Origin: a virus
Lineage: Duplodnaviria; Caudoviricetes
IMG/VR virus record: IMGVR_UViG_2706796482_000001
Coordinates: 69,532 to 133,531 of that record
Length of the DNA: 64,000 bases
Reading direction: 5' to 3' (one strand)
The notes under the pieces are model-generated. The model searched no databases, had not been told where the DNA came from, and saw only the letters and a list, made by a program, of their open reading frames with translations. The position numbers were made by a program, and so were the translations under genes. Positions 8,161-17,565 of the stretch are shown here, one piece after another (within the stretch, counting starts at the first letter, position 1; the number at the start of each line of letters is the position of its first letter).

Positions 8161-8328
8161 ATGGCTGCGCTATCGCACGCGATTGGTACGAAGGTAAAGG
8201 TTACAAACGGTAGCTACAGGAACAAGACTGGTGTTGTTCAGGTCAAGGATGGTCACATGGTGGTCGTCATGGACAAGGACAATTCAGTTCTGTATGGAGC
8301 TAGCGATTCCATGGTTGAGAAGGTGTAA
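8161..8328 (+). CDS. Small hypothetical protein (KOW/SH3-like)
   Basis: AAGGA RBS; IGTKVKVTNGSYRNKTGVV. Confidence 0.55.
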   Translation: MAALSHAIGTKVKVTNGSYRNKTGVVQVKDGHMVVVMDKDNSVLYGASDSMVEKV

Positions 8329-8487
8329 ATGGCTTACTTTGAAGGCCAGAAGATTTGGGTCAATGGAGAGCCTGGCATTTATGTCAAGGATTCTGACAAC
8401 CCAACCTTGGCAAAGGTAGAAGTTCCAGAGGGTTCTGGAAACGTAATGCTTTGTGTAAAGAAGCAAATCAACGTTCGGTCTGACTGA
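8329..8487 (+). CDS. Small hypothetical protein
   Basis: ATG abuts previous stop; 52 aa. Confidence 0.5.
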   Translation: MAYFEGQKIWVNGEPGIYVKDSDNPTLAKVEVPEGSGNVMLCVKKQINVRSD

Positions 8488-8496
8488 GCGTTTTTT

Positions 8497-8582
8497 GGAA
8501 GGTAAGCGATTGGTTTAGCGGGTGTCTTGGAAAGGCACTAAGGGTGTTACAGCCCGGCAGGGTTCAATTCCCTGGCCTTCCG
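8497..8582 (+). tRNA. tRNA-Ser(GGA)
   Basis: Loop TTGGAAA, long variable arm, G73. Confidence 0.85.
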
Positions 8583-8595
8583 CAGGAGGTGCAAT

Positions 8596-8814
8596 ATGAT
8601 AATCTGTGGAGACACAGTTGAAGTAAAGCACGACCGTCCGAATATTGAATCTGCCTATTACGGAAAGCGTGGCAGAATTCACAAGCGGACTCGTATTCTC
8701 GGAAAGCTCGGTGCTGGGGATTACGAAATTATGTTCTTCGATAGAGAACTCAATCATCCTATCATGGGTGTGATGGGTGGCTTTAACGAAGATGACCTGG
8801 AAGTCATTCGCTGA
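8596..8814 (+). CDS. Hypothetical protein
   Basis: GGAGGT RBS. Confidence 0.6.
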   Translation: MIICGDTVEVKHDRPNIESAYYGKRGRIHKRTRILGKLGAGDYEIMFFDRELNHPIMGVMGGFNEDDLEVIR

Positions 8815-8823
8815 CTTCCCCAT

Positions 8824-8909
8824 GGAGGCACGCATTGGAGTGCTTATCGGTCTTGAAAACCGTGATGACGTAGTGATATGTCGTGGGGGTTCGACTCCCT
8901 CTGTCTCCG
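8824..8909 (+). tRNA. tRNA-Ser(TGA)
   Basis: Loop CTTGAAA, long variable arm, G73. Confidence 0.82.
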
Positions 8910-8957
8910 CCCTAAACCCGGTACTAATTGTGCCGGGCCTTATTTATAGGAGGAAGT

Positions 8958-9140
8958 ATGGCTAATGAGCCTACTGGTAACAACAAAAAAGAATGGGTGA
9001 AGTACATTGAAGAAAACCGAATCCCATTCTGGTGCTCTGTCTGTTCAACTGAGAATCCTCGTAAGTGTCAATGCTGGTCTGACATTCAGCGATGGGAGCA
9101 GGTTGAGCTATGGCAGGGTGAAGAGAGGCGCAAGAAGTGA
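8958..9140 (+). CDS. Hypothetical Cys-rich protein
   Basis: AGGAGG RBS. Confidence 0.55.
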   Translation: MANEPTGNNKKEWVKYIEENRIPFWCSVCSTENPRKCQCWSDIQRWEQVELWQGEERRKK

Positions 9141-9529
9141 GTGCCGTACTTCTTGGAGTATTGCTCCACTTCATTGGTGATTACATCATCCAGACAGACT
9201 GGATGGCACAGCTAAAGACAAAGCGATGGGCTCCAGCAATTGTCCACGGTGTCACATACGGTGTCCCGTTTGTCTTCGCTACGATGTCACCGATAGCCCT
9301 GGCTGTCATCATTGTCACTCACATTGTCATCGACCATTACCGCCTTGCTCGACATCTAGTATGGGCAAAGAATCAGCTTGCTCCAAAGAGCTGGCGATAT
9401 TCTTGGAGCGAAGGTCATCTGACAGGATATCGAAATGACGGTCCTGTCTGGCTCAACACTTGGCTGATGATTATCGCAGATAACACATTGCATATCATCA
9501 TCAACACTCTAGCCATCCTCTACCTATGA
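9137..9529 (+). CDS. DUF3307-like membrane protein
   Basis: HFIGDY..QTDWMA..K, H.VIDH, DNTLH. Confidence 0.75.
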   Translation: MSAVLLGVLLHFIGDYIIQTDWMAQLKTKRWAPAIVHGVTYGVPFVFATMSPIALAVIIVTHIVIDHYRLARHLVWAKNQLAPKSWRYSWSEGHLTGYRNDGPVWLNTWLMIIADNTLHIIINTLAILYL

Positions 9530-9566
9530 GGGTGGCTTTTTGTGTTTTCAATGATAAAATGGATGC

Positions 9567-11519
9567 ATGGCTAATTCAACACCCTTGCTAGGAGCAGGAA
9601 ATGTAACCACAGCAAGCAATGCAAATGCGACATCCATAACCGTCAACAAGCCAGCCAATCTGGCAGACGGTCATTACATGTTTGCAGCTATTCTTCAAAG
9701 AAATGCGGCCGGTACGTGGACTGTTCCTTCCGGCTGGATAGAAGTTGGCGTAACTCAGCAAGATTACGTTGACTGCAAGGTGTATTACAAGGCAGTGCCA
9801 TCGGCAGCAGCAGAGACAGCGACAAGCTATACCTGGACAACCAACAAGACGGCTGAGAGAATTGTAGCAATCGTATGGCTCCAGACTAGCGTGAACGCTT
9901 CTCCAATTGATGCTCTGGGCTCTGGAACGGCTACAGCACCCAATCGTACTACCATGAACTTCGCATCCGTGACAGCAGTAAGTTCTCATGCCACCCTGAT
10001 GACTATTGGATATAGCACTATTGCTGGTGGCTCTACTGCACCGGTCGGTTCTACTCCAACTGGAATGACGGAAATCGCTAATGTCAATATTGCTAATGCT
10101 ACTCCAAATGCATTGAATCTCAAGGTAAGCTATCAGGTTCTTAATGTAGCTGGAGCCACTGGAACAAGGGCGACTAACTATTCACCGGCCGCTTCTGGTT
10201 CTGGCGGATTCACATTCACTATAAATCCTGACGGAGACCCACCACCAACTGTCATCGCATTGAGACAAGGACTTGGTGACAGGGACAAAGTACGTGTCCT
10301 CAGCAGGACAAGCTTTGCGACATCTGTCCGCTTGGCTGTCTCATTGTCCAGTGACATGTCCTCACCTGTGTATTCATCCTCAGTGACACCGGACAGCGAT
10401 GGGTACTCTAAACTAACTGTCACTGGTTTGTCCCAGGACACGAAGTATTACTTTGCGCTGGAAGTCAATGGTGTCCTCGACATGTCACTGACAGGACAGA
10501 CAAGGACATTCCCTGTGACAGGCTCTTTCAGCTTCCTTGCTGCGTCATGCTCTTACACTGCATCAAATCATGCAGTCTTTGATGCTATGCGCACACGAGT
10601 CGGCCCAGATGGATTGCCTGCAAGATTCTTCGCTCATCTGGGAGACGTTCATTATGAACACGCTAGCTACCAGCCTCAGCCAATAGCTCCAAATGACCCA
10701 GCAGAGCACCGTACAAATTACGAGAATGGATTGATGACTGCTCGCCAGTCTGCTCTTTGGCGCAATATTCCTGTGAGCCATACGTACTCAGACAATGACT
10801 TCTGCGGAAGCAACTCTGATAGCACGTATGCTGCTCGTCCAGCTATCATTGCTGTAAGACATCAAATCATGATTGACCCGCCTCTTCCTGACTCTCAGGG
10901 AAATGGTCTTTGGAGAAGTTGGGTAGTTGGCCGAGTTCGTTTTATACAAACGGACAGCCGTACCTACATGAGCGCAAAGGGGGCTACAGACAACAGCTCT
11001 AAGACTATGCTGGGAGCGGAACAGAAGGCATGGCTCAAGAGTCAGCTTCTGCAACCAGAACTTCTCAAGGTATGGCTACATGACCAAGCATGGGGAGGAA
11101 TAGCAACAAATCCCGGTAATAATGATACTTGGCAAGCATTCAATACTGAGAGAGTAGAGATAGGAAACTTCATCTCTACTAACAAAGTCAAGGTAGTTTA
11201 TGTTCATGGCGATAGCCATCGTCTTTCTGCTGATGACGGAATTCTTAACACAAGGGGAGGATTCCCAACAATCTCTTGTGCTCCTATGGACCAATCTTCT
11301 CAGGGAGGAGATTCATCAGGAGAAGCAAATTCAGCAGGAGTCTATCCAGCTTATGGAGTTACACAACCAGGTAATTACTACGGATGGTTTGATGTCAATG
11401 ACGATGGGTATCAGCTCTCTTTGATATTCAAGGGGTACGATTCAGAAGGAACGCAGAGAGTAACCATGACAGTTACTGTCAGTCCTGAGAAGGCAACTGG
11501 ATGGGGATATCCTCTCTAA
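9567..11519 (+). CDS. PhoD-like phosphatase/phosphodiesterase with FN3 domain and Thr/Ala/Ser-rich N-terminal beta domain
   Basis: HLGDVHY, SDNDF, TDSRTY, TMLGAEQKAWLK, HGDSH; FN3-like LTVTGLSQDTKYYF. Confidence 0.8.
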   Translation: MANSTPLLGAGNVTTASNANATSITVNKPANLADGHYMFAAILQRNAAGTWTVPSGWIEVGVTQQDYVDCKVYYKAVPSAAAETATSYTWTTNKTAERIVAIVWLQTSVNASPIDALGSGTATAPNRTTMNFASVTAVSSHATLMTIGYSTIAGGSTAPVGSTPTGMTEIANVNIANATPNALNLKVSYQVLNVAGATGTRATNYSPAASGSGGFTFTINPDGDPPPTVIALRQGLGDRDKVRVLSRTSFATSVRLAVSLSSDMSSPVYSSSVTPDSDGYSKLTVTGLSQDTKYYFALEVNGVLDMSLTGQTRTFPVTGSFSFLAASCSYTASNHAVFDAMRTRVGPDGLPARFFAHLGDVHYEHASYQPQPIAPNDPAEHRTNYENGLMTARQSALWRNIPVSHTYSDNDFCGSNSDSTYAARPAIIAVRHQIMIDPPLPDSQGNGLWRSWVVGRVRFIQTDSRTYMSAKGATDNSSKTMLGAEQKAWLKSQLLQPELLKVWLHDQAWGGIATNPGNNDTWQAFNTERVEIGNFISTNKVKVVYVHGDSHRLSADDGILNTRGGFPTISCAPMDQSSQGGDSSGEANSAGVYPAYGVTQPGNYYGWFDVNDDGYQLSLIFKGYDSEGTQRVTMTVTVSPEKATGWGYPL

Positions 11520-11621
11520 GTTGACAGCTCTCCTTGGAGCTGCTACGGTAGTATTACACTTGAGAAAATAAAGAAAAAGCTAGTTAGATACTAGCTAGAA
11601 TCTAGTTAGAATATAGGGAAT

Positions 11622-11876
11622 ATGAGACTCTTTGAACTTCATAGAGACATAGATTCGTCTGGTGTCTCTGGAACAGGAGTGGTTGCTCAGGGTGTAGAGT
11701 TTGACAATGGGCAGTGTGCCATGGCATGGTTGTCCGAGTGGCAGTCAGTTGCCATTTATCCTGACATTACCGTCCTTGAAGCGATTCATGGACACAACGG
11801 CAACACTCGTGTAGTATGGCTTGAGGATGACGAAGATTATTGGGCTGGCTATCAGTCAGCGCCGGTAGGCAGTTGA
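11622..11876 (+). CDS. Hypothetical protein
   Basis: Own promoter; RDIDSSGVSGTGVVAQGVEF motif resembles a family recalled from actinobacteria/phages. Confidence 0.7.
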   Translation: MRLFELHRDIDSSGVSGTGVVAQGVEFDNGQCAMAWLSEWQSVAIYPDITVLEAIHGHNGNTRVVWLEDDEDYWAGYQSAPVGS

Positions 11877-11979
11877 CAGGGTTTGTCCTTGATGCTAGTG
11901 TAGAACGTAGAGCAGGTCGGCAAGCAGGTAAGTGAGGAATACAGGAGCTTGAGCCACAACCCCTCCACCTAGCTCTCTT

Positions 11980-12055
11980 GCGTCTGTAGTATAGTCTGGT
12001 CTAATGCACCTGATTGTCAATCAGGAAATCGCGGGTTCAAATCCCGTCAGGCGCG
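11980..12055 (+). tRNA. tRNA-Asp(GTC)
   Basis: Cloverleaf, loop TTGTCAA, G73. Confidence 0.93.
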
Positions 12056-12360
12056 CATGAAATCGAGATGGAAGTATTCTGCAAAGTACAAATCACCAAA
12101 TGGTTGCAAGGCTTCTATCACCAGCTCAGTAAGGGCTGACAGCTTTGATGAAGCCTATGAAGAAGTATGCAATCAATTGAGGCATCAGAGCTTTGAACTT
12201 ATTGGCATGACTATTGAGAAGGAATAGATGGCTATTCGATTCTGTCCATCATGTATGCAAAATGTCGTTACCATCGTACAGAAGCCAAACTGTAAGCACT
12301 GTGATACAGTTACTAAGCCGGTAGATGAGAAGCTTCCTCTACCAGACGAAGGCGAAGTAA

Positions 12361-12585
12361 ATGACCTTATTGGTAAGCGACGAAAGCGAGATAAAAATGC
12401 CTAGATACGAAATCAAGGGAACTATTCCCTTCGGAGATGAAACCGAAGTGGTTGATGACGTATTTGAAGCAAGAAATCAGCTTGAAGCAAATCGGAAGTT
12501 CAATGCACGTGTGCAGGAGATTTCCAGGCAGACTGGTCGCAAGACGACTGGTAAGCCAAACGTAACAATCACCCTCATGAAGTAG
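12361..12585 (+). CDS. Hypothetical protein
   Basis: ORF in + gene run. Confidence 0.55.
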   Translation: MTLLVSDESEIKMPRYEIKGTIPFGDETEVVDDVFEARNQLEANRKFNARVQEISRQTGRKTTGKPNVTITLMK

Positions 12586-12593
12586 GGTGTTAT

Positions 12594-12664
12594 CCCGGCG
12601 TGGTGTAATGGTAACATACTGCGTTGTCAGCGCAATGTCGAGGGTTCGATTCCCTTCGTCGGGA
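12594..12664 (+). tRNA. tRNA with GTC anticodon (Asp-type, atypical A73)
   Basis: Cloverleaf, loop TTGTCAG. Confidence 0.82.
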
Positions 12665-12667
12665 CTT

Positions 12668-12778
12668 TGTGGGTCGAAAGAGTAAGTCGGTTATCTTCCT
12701 TTGAATAAGAAACAGATAGGTTCGAATCCTATGTAGCCCAAGGCACGGGCGACTCCGACTCTCACCAATATATCCACA
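12668..12778 (+). ncRNA. Y RNA-like gene 4 (T-arm module)
   Basis: TGTGGGTCGAAAGAGTAAGTCGGTTATC ... CCGACT-CTC-ACCAATATATCCACA; internal ATAGG-TTCGAAT-CCTAT; about 0.8 kb upstream of Ro60. Confidence 0.78.
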
Positions 12779-12782
12779 TGTT

Positions 12783-13112
12783 ATGAATACACAAGAGAGA
12801 ATCGAAAAGCTAAAAGAACTGTGGAACGATGGCTGGTATCTAGAAGATGCCATTGGAGAAATCGGTGACCATCTTACAGAAGATGAGTTCAAGCCAAAGT
12901 TCATTGACACCATCGAAGAAGATGAGTCTCGATGGATGATGCATACTCTGGATATTGCTGAGATTGACGAAGGTGTATACGTTGGTGTACGCTGGGAACG
13001 AGGCAAGACAGAGATGCAAGAGAACATCTTTGATGATAAGAACGTCTACCTTCTTGAAAAGGTTGAGAAGGTGGTCACAACTGTCGATTGGAATGACGTA
13101 AAGAAGCTATGA
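12783..13112 (+). CDS. Hypothetical acidic protein
   Basis: 109 aa ORF. Confidence 0.7.
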   Translation: MNTQERIEKLKELWNDGWYLEDAIGEIGDHLTEDEFKPKFIDTIEEDESRWMMHTLDIAEIDEGVYVGVRWERGKTEMQENIFDDKNVYLLEKVEKVVTTVDWNDVKKL

Positions 13113-13531
13113 AAAATTGGCTCGGACATGAAATCGAAGTTGGCGCAGTCGTATTCCGTGGCGGAAAGCAGGGCACATCGTCCTCTTTCCGCGTCGGTGT
13201 TGTAGACGCCATTGACGTAGAAAAGCAGACTGCTCGTGTAGAGTGGCACTGGGTTCCAAGCAATCGTCCTGTATGGGACAAGGATAAGTACCAGTATTGG
13301 CACATGGATGACAATCGCTACTACGTTTCTGGCCCTTCTAAAGCCAGCACTCAGAGAACTCGCTACTCCATCAACGACCTTGCGAGGCTTGATGACGGTA
13401 TGCTAGAGTACCTACAGAAGCGATACCAGCTTATCGAAGCTGCTATCCACTACAAGATTCGTGAAGAAGATTTTGCTCAGTTCGAGCATGACTTTGAAAT
13501 GGGACTAGTTCCCGAAATTCCTATGCCTTAA
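13109..13531 (+). CDS. Hypothetical protein
   Basis: ATGA overlap. Confidence 0.7.
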   Translation: MKNWLGHEIEVGAVVFRGGKQGTSSSFRVGVVDAIDVEKQTARVEWHWVPSNRPVWDKDKYQYWHMDDNRYYVSGPSKASTQRTRYSINDLARLDDGMLEYLQKRYQLIEAAIHYKIREEDFAQFEHDFEMGLVPEIPMP

Positions 13532-13550
13532 GAAAGGGCCGGTAACAAAA

Positions 13551-15200
13551 ATGTCTAACGCACTTAACAACGCAGCTAAGGGTCTCAACAAGACTCCTCA
13601 GACTGTCAAGGCCAAGAGTGGTCAGGTCAAGAACAACGCTGGTGGATTCGTCTTCCAGGTTTCTGACCAGGCTCGCCTTGAGCGATTCCTGATTCTCGGT
13701 GTAGATGGCGGTACGTATTACGTCAAGGAGACCGACCACGCACGTAGTAACGTGCAGTTCCTCAACGACATGATTGAGCGAGACGAAGCCTCTGTACTGA
13801 ACACCATTGTGGACGTGTCCGTCAATGGTCGTGCATACAAGCAGTCTCCAGTCCTGTTCGCGCTAGCCTCTGTCATTGTCCACGGACGTGACAAGCAGTC
13901 CGTCAAGGCTGTCTTCAATCGTGTTGTTCGTACAGGCACGCACCTCTATGAGGTCGTGAACTACCTGAACACCATGGGTGGATGGGGTCGTGCAAAGCGC
14001 GAAATCGTTGCTGGATGGTTCGACAAGGATGCTGATAAGCTGGCTTACCAGATGGTCAAGTACCGTTCTCGTAAGTTTGGCGACCAGACCTGGACCATGC
14101 GTGACGTAATGCGTAAGGCTCACCCACGAGATGTTAACACGTCTGCGGCTGACTTTGCTCTCGGCAAGGAGCACGACGCTATTGATGACCTTCGGGTTAT
14201 TGAGGGCTTCAAGCTCATGCAGAAGGCTCAGTCTGTCGAGGATGTTCACAGCGTTCTCCGTGAGTATGAGATGCTTTCATGGGAGACAATCCCAACTCAG
14301 TTCCTCAAGGACGTGAGTGTATGGAAGCGCATCTTCGCCAATGGTCAGCTTCGTGGTCAGGCTCTTGTCCGAAACATCACTCGTCTCGCACGAATTGGTG
14401 CTTTCCAGGACATGCGCTTCGCTGCCGCGTATGCAGGACAGCTTACGAACCAGGAAATGATTGTACAGACTCGTCTGCACCCAATCAACTTCCTGAACGC
14501 ATCTGTCGTGTACAACGACGGTCAGATGAAGCGAGTCAATGACCGCTGGGGCTTTGAATCAGAGCAGCGAGTCAAGGATTGGACAACCGAAAGTGTCATT
14601 GTTGACGCTCTCAATGAGGGCTTCCACAAGGCATTCAAGGCTGTCGAGCCTGCTGGCAAGCGTACGATGCTGGCTCTGGACGTATCAGGTTCTATGAGTG
14701 CAAAGGCTAACGGTCTCGACCTTAGCTGTGCTCAGGTTTCTGCTGCAATGTCTATGGCCATCGCTCGTACCGAGCCTGCTCACATCATCCGAGGATTCAC
14801 GTCTTCTGGTGGTGGCTACAGCTACAGGAGCAGCGGTCTGACTGACCTCGGTATCAGCGCTCGTACTGACCTTGCTACGGCAATGCGCAGTGTGCAGCGT
14901 CACAACTGGGGTGGCACAGATTGTTCACTCCCAATGCGTTGGGCTCTTGAGAACAGGGTAGAAGTTGACACCTTTGTGGTTATCACTGATAACGACACAT
15001 GGGCTGGCGACATTCACCCATTCCAGGCGCTCAAGGAGTACCGTAAGAAGACTGGAATTCCAGCTCGTCTGGCAGTTCTGGGAGTTCAGGCAACTGAATT
15101 CACCATTGCTGACCCAAGCGATGCGGGAATGATGGACTTCGTTGGATTTGACAGCAATGCGCCTCGTGCGCTGGCTGACTTCTCCGCTGGTCGCATCTGA
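13551..15200 (+). CDS. rsr: Ro60/TROVE RNA-binding protein (Rsr ortholog)
   Basis: QVKNNAGGFVF..RLERFLILGVDGGTYY, KYRSR..W..RD..RKAHP, vWA LDVSGSM, GGTDCSLPM, ITDNDTW, GFDS. Confidence 0.96.
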   Translation: MSNALNNAAKGLNKTPQTVKAKSGQVKNNAGGFVFQVSDQARLERFLILGVDGGTYYVKETDHARSNVQFLNDMIERDEASVLNTIVDVSVNGRAYKQSPVLFALASVIVHGRDKQSVKAVFNRVVRTGTHLYEVVNYLNTMGGWGRAKREIVAGWFDKDADKLAYQMVKYRSRKFGDQTWTMRDVMRKAHPRDVNTSAADFALGKEHDAIDDLRVIEGFKLMQKAQSVEDVHSVLREYEMLSWETIPTQFLKDVSVWKRIFANGQLRGQALVRNITRLARIGAFQDMRFAAAYAGQLTNQEMIVQTRLHPINFLNASVVYNDGQMKRVNDRWGFESEQRVKDWTTESVIVDALNEGFHKAFKAVEPAGKRTMLALDVSGSMSAKANGLDLSCAQVSAAMSMAIARTEPAHIIRGFTSSGGGYSYRSSGLTDLGISARTDLATAMRSVQRHNWGGTDCSLPMRWALENRVEVDTFVVITDNDTWAGDIHPFQALKEYRKKTGIPARLAVLGVQATEFTIADPSDAGMMDFVGFDSNAPRALADFSAGRI

Positions 15201-15202
15201 CA

Positions 15203-15229
15203 AAAGCCCCTCTTCGGAGGGGCTTTGTT
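15203..15229 (+). terminator. Terminator-like hairpin after Ro60
   Basis: AAAGCCCCTC-TTCG-GAGGGGCTTT-GTT. Confidence 0.7.
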
Positions 15230-15448
15230 GGCTCTTGACACATGCTTTCAGATGCTGTAGCTTAGACACATGAAGCAAGACGAGCCTGGCGTTTCAATTC
15301 TCAGCATATTGAGAATGCTTAGGCGCTCTAAGAAAGTTCGGCCGGTAGTGGAGATGTCCACCTGTGGCCATTGCAAGACACAGTACGATATCCATAAGGG
15401 ACACATGTGTTCCTACATCAAAGACCTATTCGCAAAAATGGAGAAGTC

Positions 15449-15655
15449 ATGAGCTACAAGGCAGAGACCTTTACTCGCACTGGCAATGGCAAGATGGCTG
15501 ACAACATCAAGGCCCTTGCGAAGCAGTGTGGCCTCACGATTAACAGTTTCAGTGCAAATGGTTGGGTCCTCAAGACCATTACCATTACAGTGTATGGTCA
15601 CCAGGATGACATTGTTCGTTTTGAGACTCAGCTTCCGAGCGGAGTGCAGTCTTGA
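15449..15655 (+). CDS. Hypothetical protein
   Basis: GGAG RBS, ATGA overlap. Confidence 0.55.
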   Translation: MSYKAETFTRTGNGKMADNIKALAKQCGLTINSFSANGWVLKTITITVYGHQDDIVRFETQLPSGVQS

Positions 15656-16035
15656 GCAATAGCTTTTATCATGCACAAAGTTCGGCCCGGAAGTGGGGAG
15701 GTGTGCCAGAGGATTACATTGCCATTCACGAATGGATTGATGCATCCAAGGCACACTTCGGTGATGCCAGACACAGGGCCTTGCGTCATCATACAGAAGG
15801 ATGCTGGGAGGCTGAACGAGTCTTCGGATTGACCATCACAGTAAAGAAGAAAAGGTCAGGCGTAGAAGTACGTGTCCCTGTTCGTGAAATTGCTGAGCAG
15901 CACGTCTTTGAAGACCTAGGGTACATTCCTAGTCTGGCAGACTGGCTACGAAACATGGAATTGAAGACATGGATGGGCGGTAAAGTAAAGAGTACCGTCT
16001 CTCGTGCAGATGTATTGAAGGGAAATAGTGACTAA
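15652..16035 (+). CDS. DUF6915-like His-rich protein
   Basis: HAQSSARKWGG..DY..IH.WID.SK..RHRALRHH..EQHV.EDLG. Confidence 0.7.
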   Translation: MSNSFYHAQSSARKWGGVPEDYIAIHEWIDASKAHFGDARHRALRHHTEGCWEAERVFGLTITVKKKRSGVEVRVPVREIAEQHVFEDLGYIPSLADWLRNMELKTWMGGKVKSTVSRADVLKGNSD

Positions 16036-16555
16036 TCTTTATGGACGCTCACTCAAGGGTGAGCCTCAAGATAACGATTCATGGCCTGAGCAGGAAGACA
16101 CAGCTCTTTTGATTGCTGTCCTTGACAGACTGCTTGACATGGAAGGTGTTGAGGCAGTACGCTGGACACAGCACACACCGAGCTTTAACGATGGTGAGCC
16201 TTGCCGATTCGGTATTGGTACTGCTAGTGTTAAGCTCAAGGGCTTCAAGGTCCCCGAAGAGGGTTATGAAACATCAGAGGGCGACTGGTACGATGAGGAC
16301 GAAGAAGTCTTCCTGAGTGAATACGACCTCTACGAGTATCCCAAGAACGAAGATGGCTCAACAGATTGGAATGGTGACCGAATTTATGAAATCGGTGGCA
16401 TTCCTACTCAGGATATCAAGACCGTTCTGAGCCAATTCGAAAGTATGCTGGACAGTGGTGCTCATTATGCATGGCTGATGACTTCTTTCGGAGACCCGGC
16501 AGAAGTGACGGCTGATGCTACTGACTTCCATGTCGAACGATACGAAGGAGAGTAA
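16028..16555 (+). CDS. Hypothetical acidic protein
   Basis: WTQHTPSFNDGEPC motif; overlaps upstream gene. Confidence 0.7.
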   Translation: MTNLYGRSLKGEPQDNDSWPEQEDTALLIAVLDRLLDMEGVEAVRWTQHTPSFNDGEPCRFGIGTASVKLKGFKVPEEGYETSEGDWYDEDEEVFLSEYDLYEYPKNEDGSTDWNGDRIYEIGGIPTQDIKTVLSQFESMLDSGAHYAWLMTSFGDPAEVTADATDFHVERYEGE

Positions 16556-16734
16556 TGTCTTTGGAACACATTGATGCTGAACGCATCCTTGACCTTATCT
16601 CTGGTACCATTGATGGTGGCTGGAACGATGGGATTGAGGCATTCGTCAGTGCAACAAATGATGGAGAAACCCTTACCGTTGAAGTCGAAGATGACGACGG
16701 TACAAAGAAGGTATTTTCTCTGAGTATTGAGTAA
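16555..16734 (+). CDS. Small acidic hypothetical protein
   Basis: GGAG RBS, TAATG overlap. Confidence 0.55.
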   Translation: MSLEHIDAERILDLISGTIDGGWNDGIEAFVSATNDGETLTVEVEDDDGTKKVFSLSIE

Positions 16735-16791
16735 TGGCCAAAGCCTTCATAATCAGTCGTCAGATATAATGATTGTGAAGGAGGGATAAAG

Positions 16792-17073
16792 ATGGCTTAT
16801 TATCCAATCAATCAGTTCTTCTATGACTCAGAAACTAACAACATCATAGTCCAGTTCGCTGTGTATACTGAAAAGACATACGAGACAGCAAACATGGATG
16901 ACCCATATGATGTCATTGAGGCAGAACTCTTCCTGGATGCAGGTAAGTTCAAGATTGGCGAGTATCGTCCAGCATCACTAGATGGTACTATAACTCAGGA
17001 GTTCATTGGTCGTGACCTTGGTCAGTCTCCAAACATAACTCCACCTAACCCAGTCCCAGAAGAACCAGCTTGA
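16792..17073 (+). CDS. Hypothetical protein with Pro-rich C-terminus
   Basis: GGAGG RBS; follows CTTCAT-N14-TATAAT element. Confidence 0.65.
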   Translation: MAYYPINQFFYDSETNNIIVQFAVYTEKTYETANMDDPYDVIEAELFLDAGKFKIGEYRPASLDGTITQEFIGRDLGQSPNITPPNPVPEEPA

Positions 17074-17140
17074 CAAGAACAGTCTAGTCACGCTAGACTA
17101 GCACTACGGCGCAGGACGGAGCGCCTTCAAATCCGTTCAC

Positions 17141-17211
17141 GCCCCTATAGTCTAAGGGTAGGATACAAGATTCTCAATCTTGTGGTCGGAGTTCAATTCT
17201 CCGTAGGGGTA
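17141..17211 (+). tRNA. tRNA-Glu(CTC)
   Basis: Cloverleaf, loop TTCTCAA. Confidence 0.9.
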
Positions 17212-17212
17212 C

Positions 17213-17470
17213 GTGGCACCAACAAAAATACCAACTCAAATAGAAGCGCGAATAGTCGTGGGCATCCTCTGCGGAGTCATTGTCCTTCTTTTCAGCAGCT
17301 TCATTATGGTAGGGTGTATCACAGAAAGCAACGAGACAAGCAAGATGAAAGCCTGTGTTGCTAAAAGTTACGAATGGGTGAATGCGCCCGGTGGTTCTGA
17401 GTGCAGAAAGCCACTTGACAGACTTCCCCAGCCAAGCTACAGTAGTAGTAACGAAGACAAGTCCCGGTAG
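17213..17470 (+). CDS. Putative membrane protein
   Basis: One TM segment; 3' end overlaps next tRNA. Confidence 0.5.
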   Translation: MAPTKIPTQIEARIVVGILCGVIVLLFSSFIMVGCITESNETSKMKACVAKSYEWVNAPGGSECRKPLDRLPQPSYSSSNEDKSR

Positions 17471-17535
17471 ATTCTGCTGGTAGAATCGCTAGACTTTCAA
17501 TCTAGAGTCCGAGGGTTCAATTCCCTTCCGGGGTA
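17461..17535 (+). tRNA. tRNA-Glu(TTC)
   Basis: Cloverleaf, loop CTTTCAA. Confidence 0.87.
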
Positions 17536-17565
17536 CTCCAAAAACAAACCGAAAGGTACAACATA

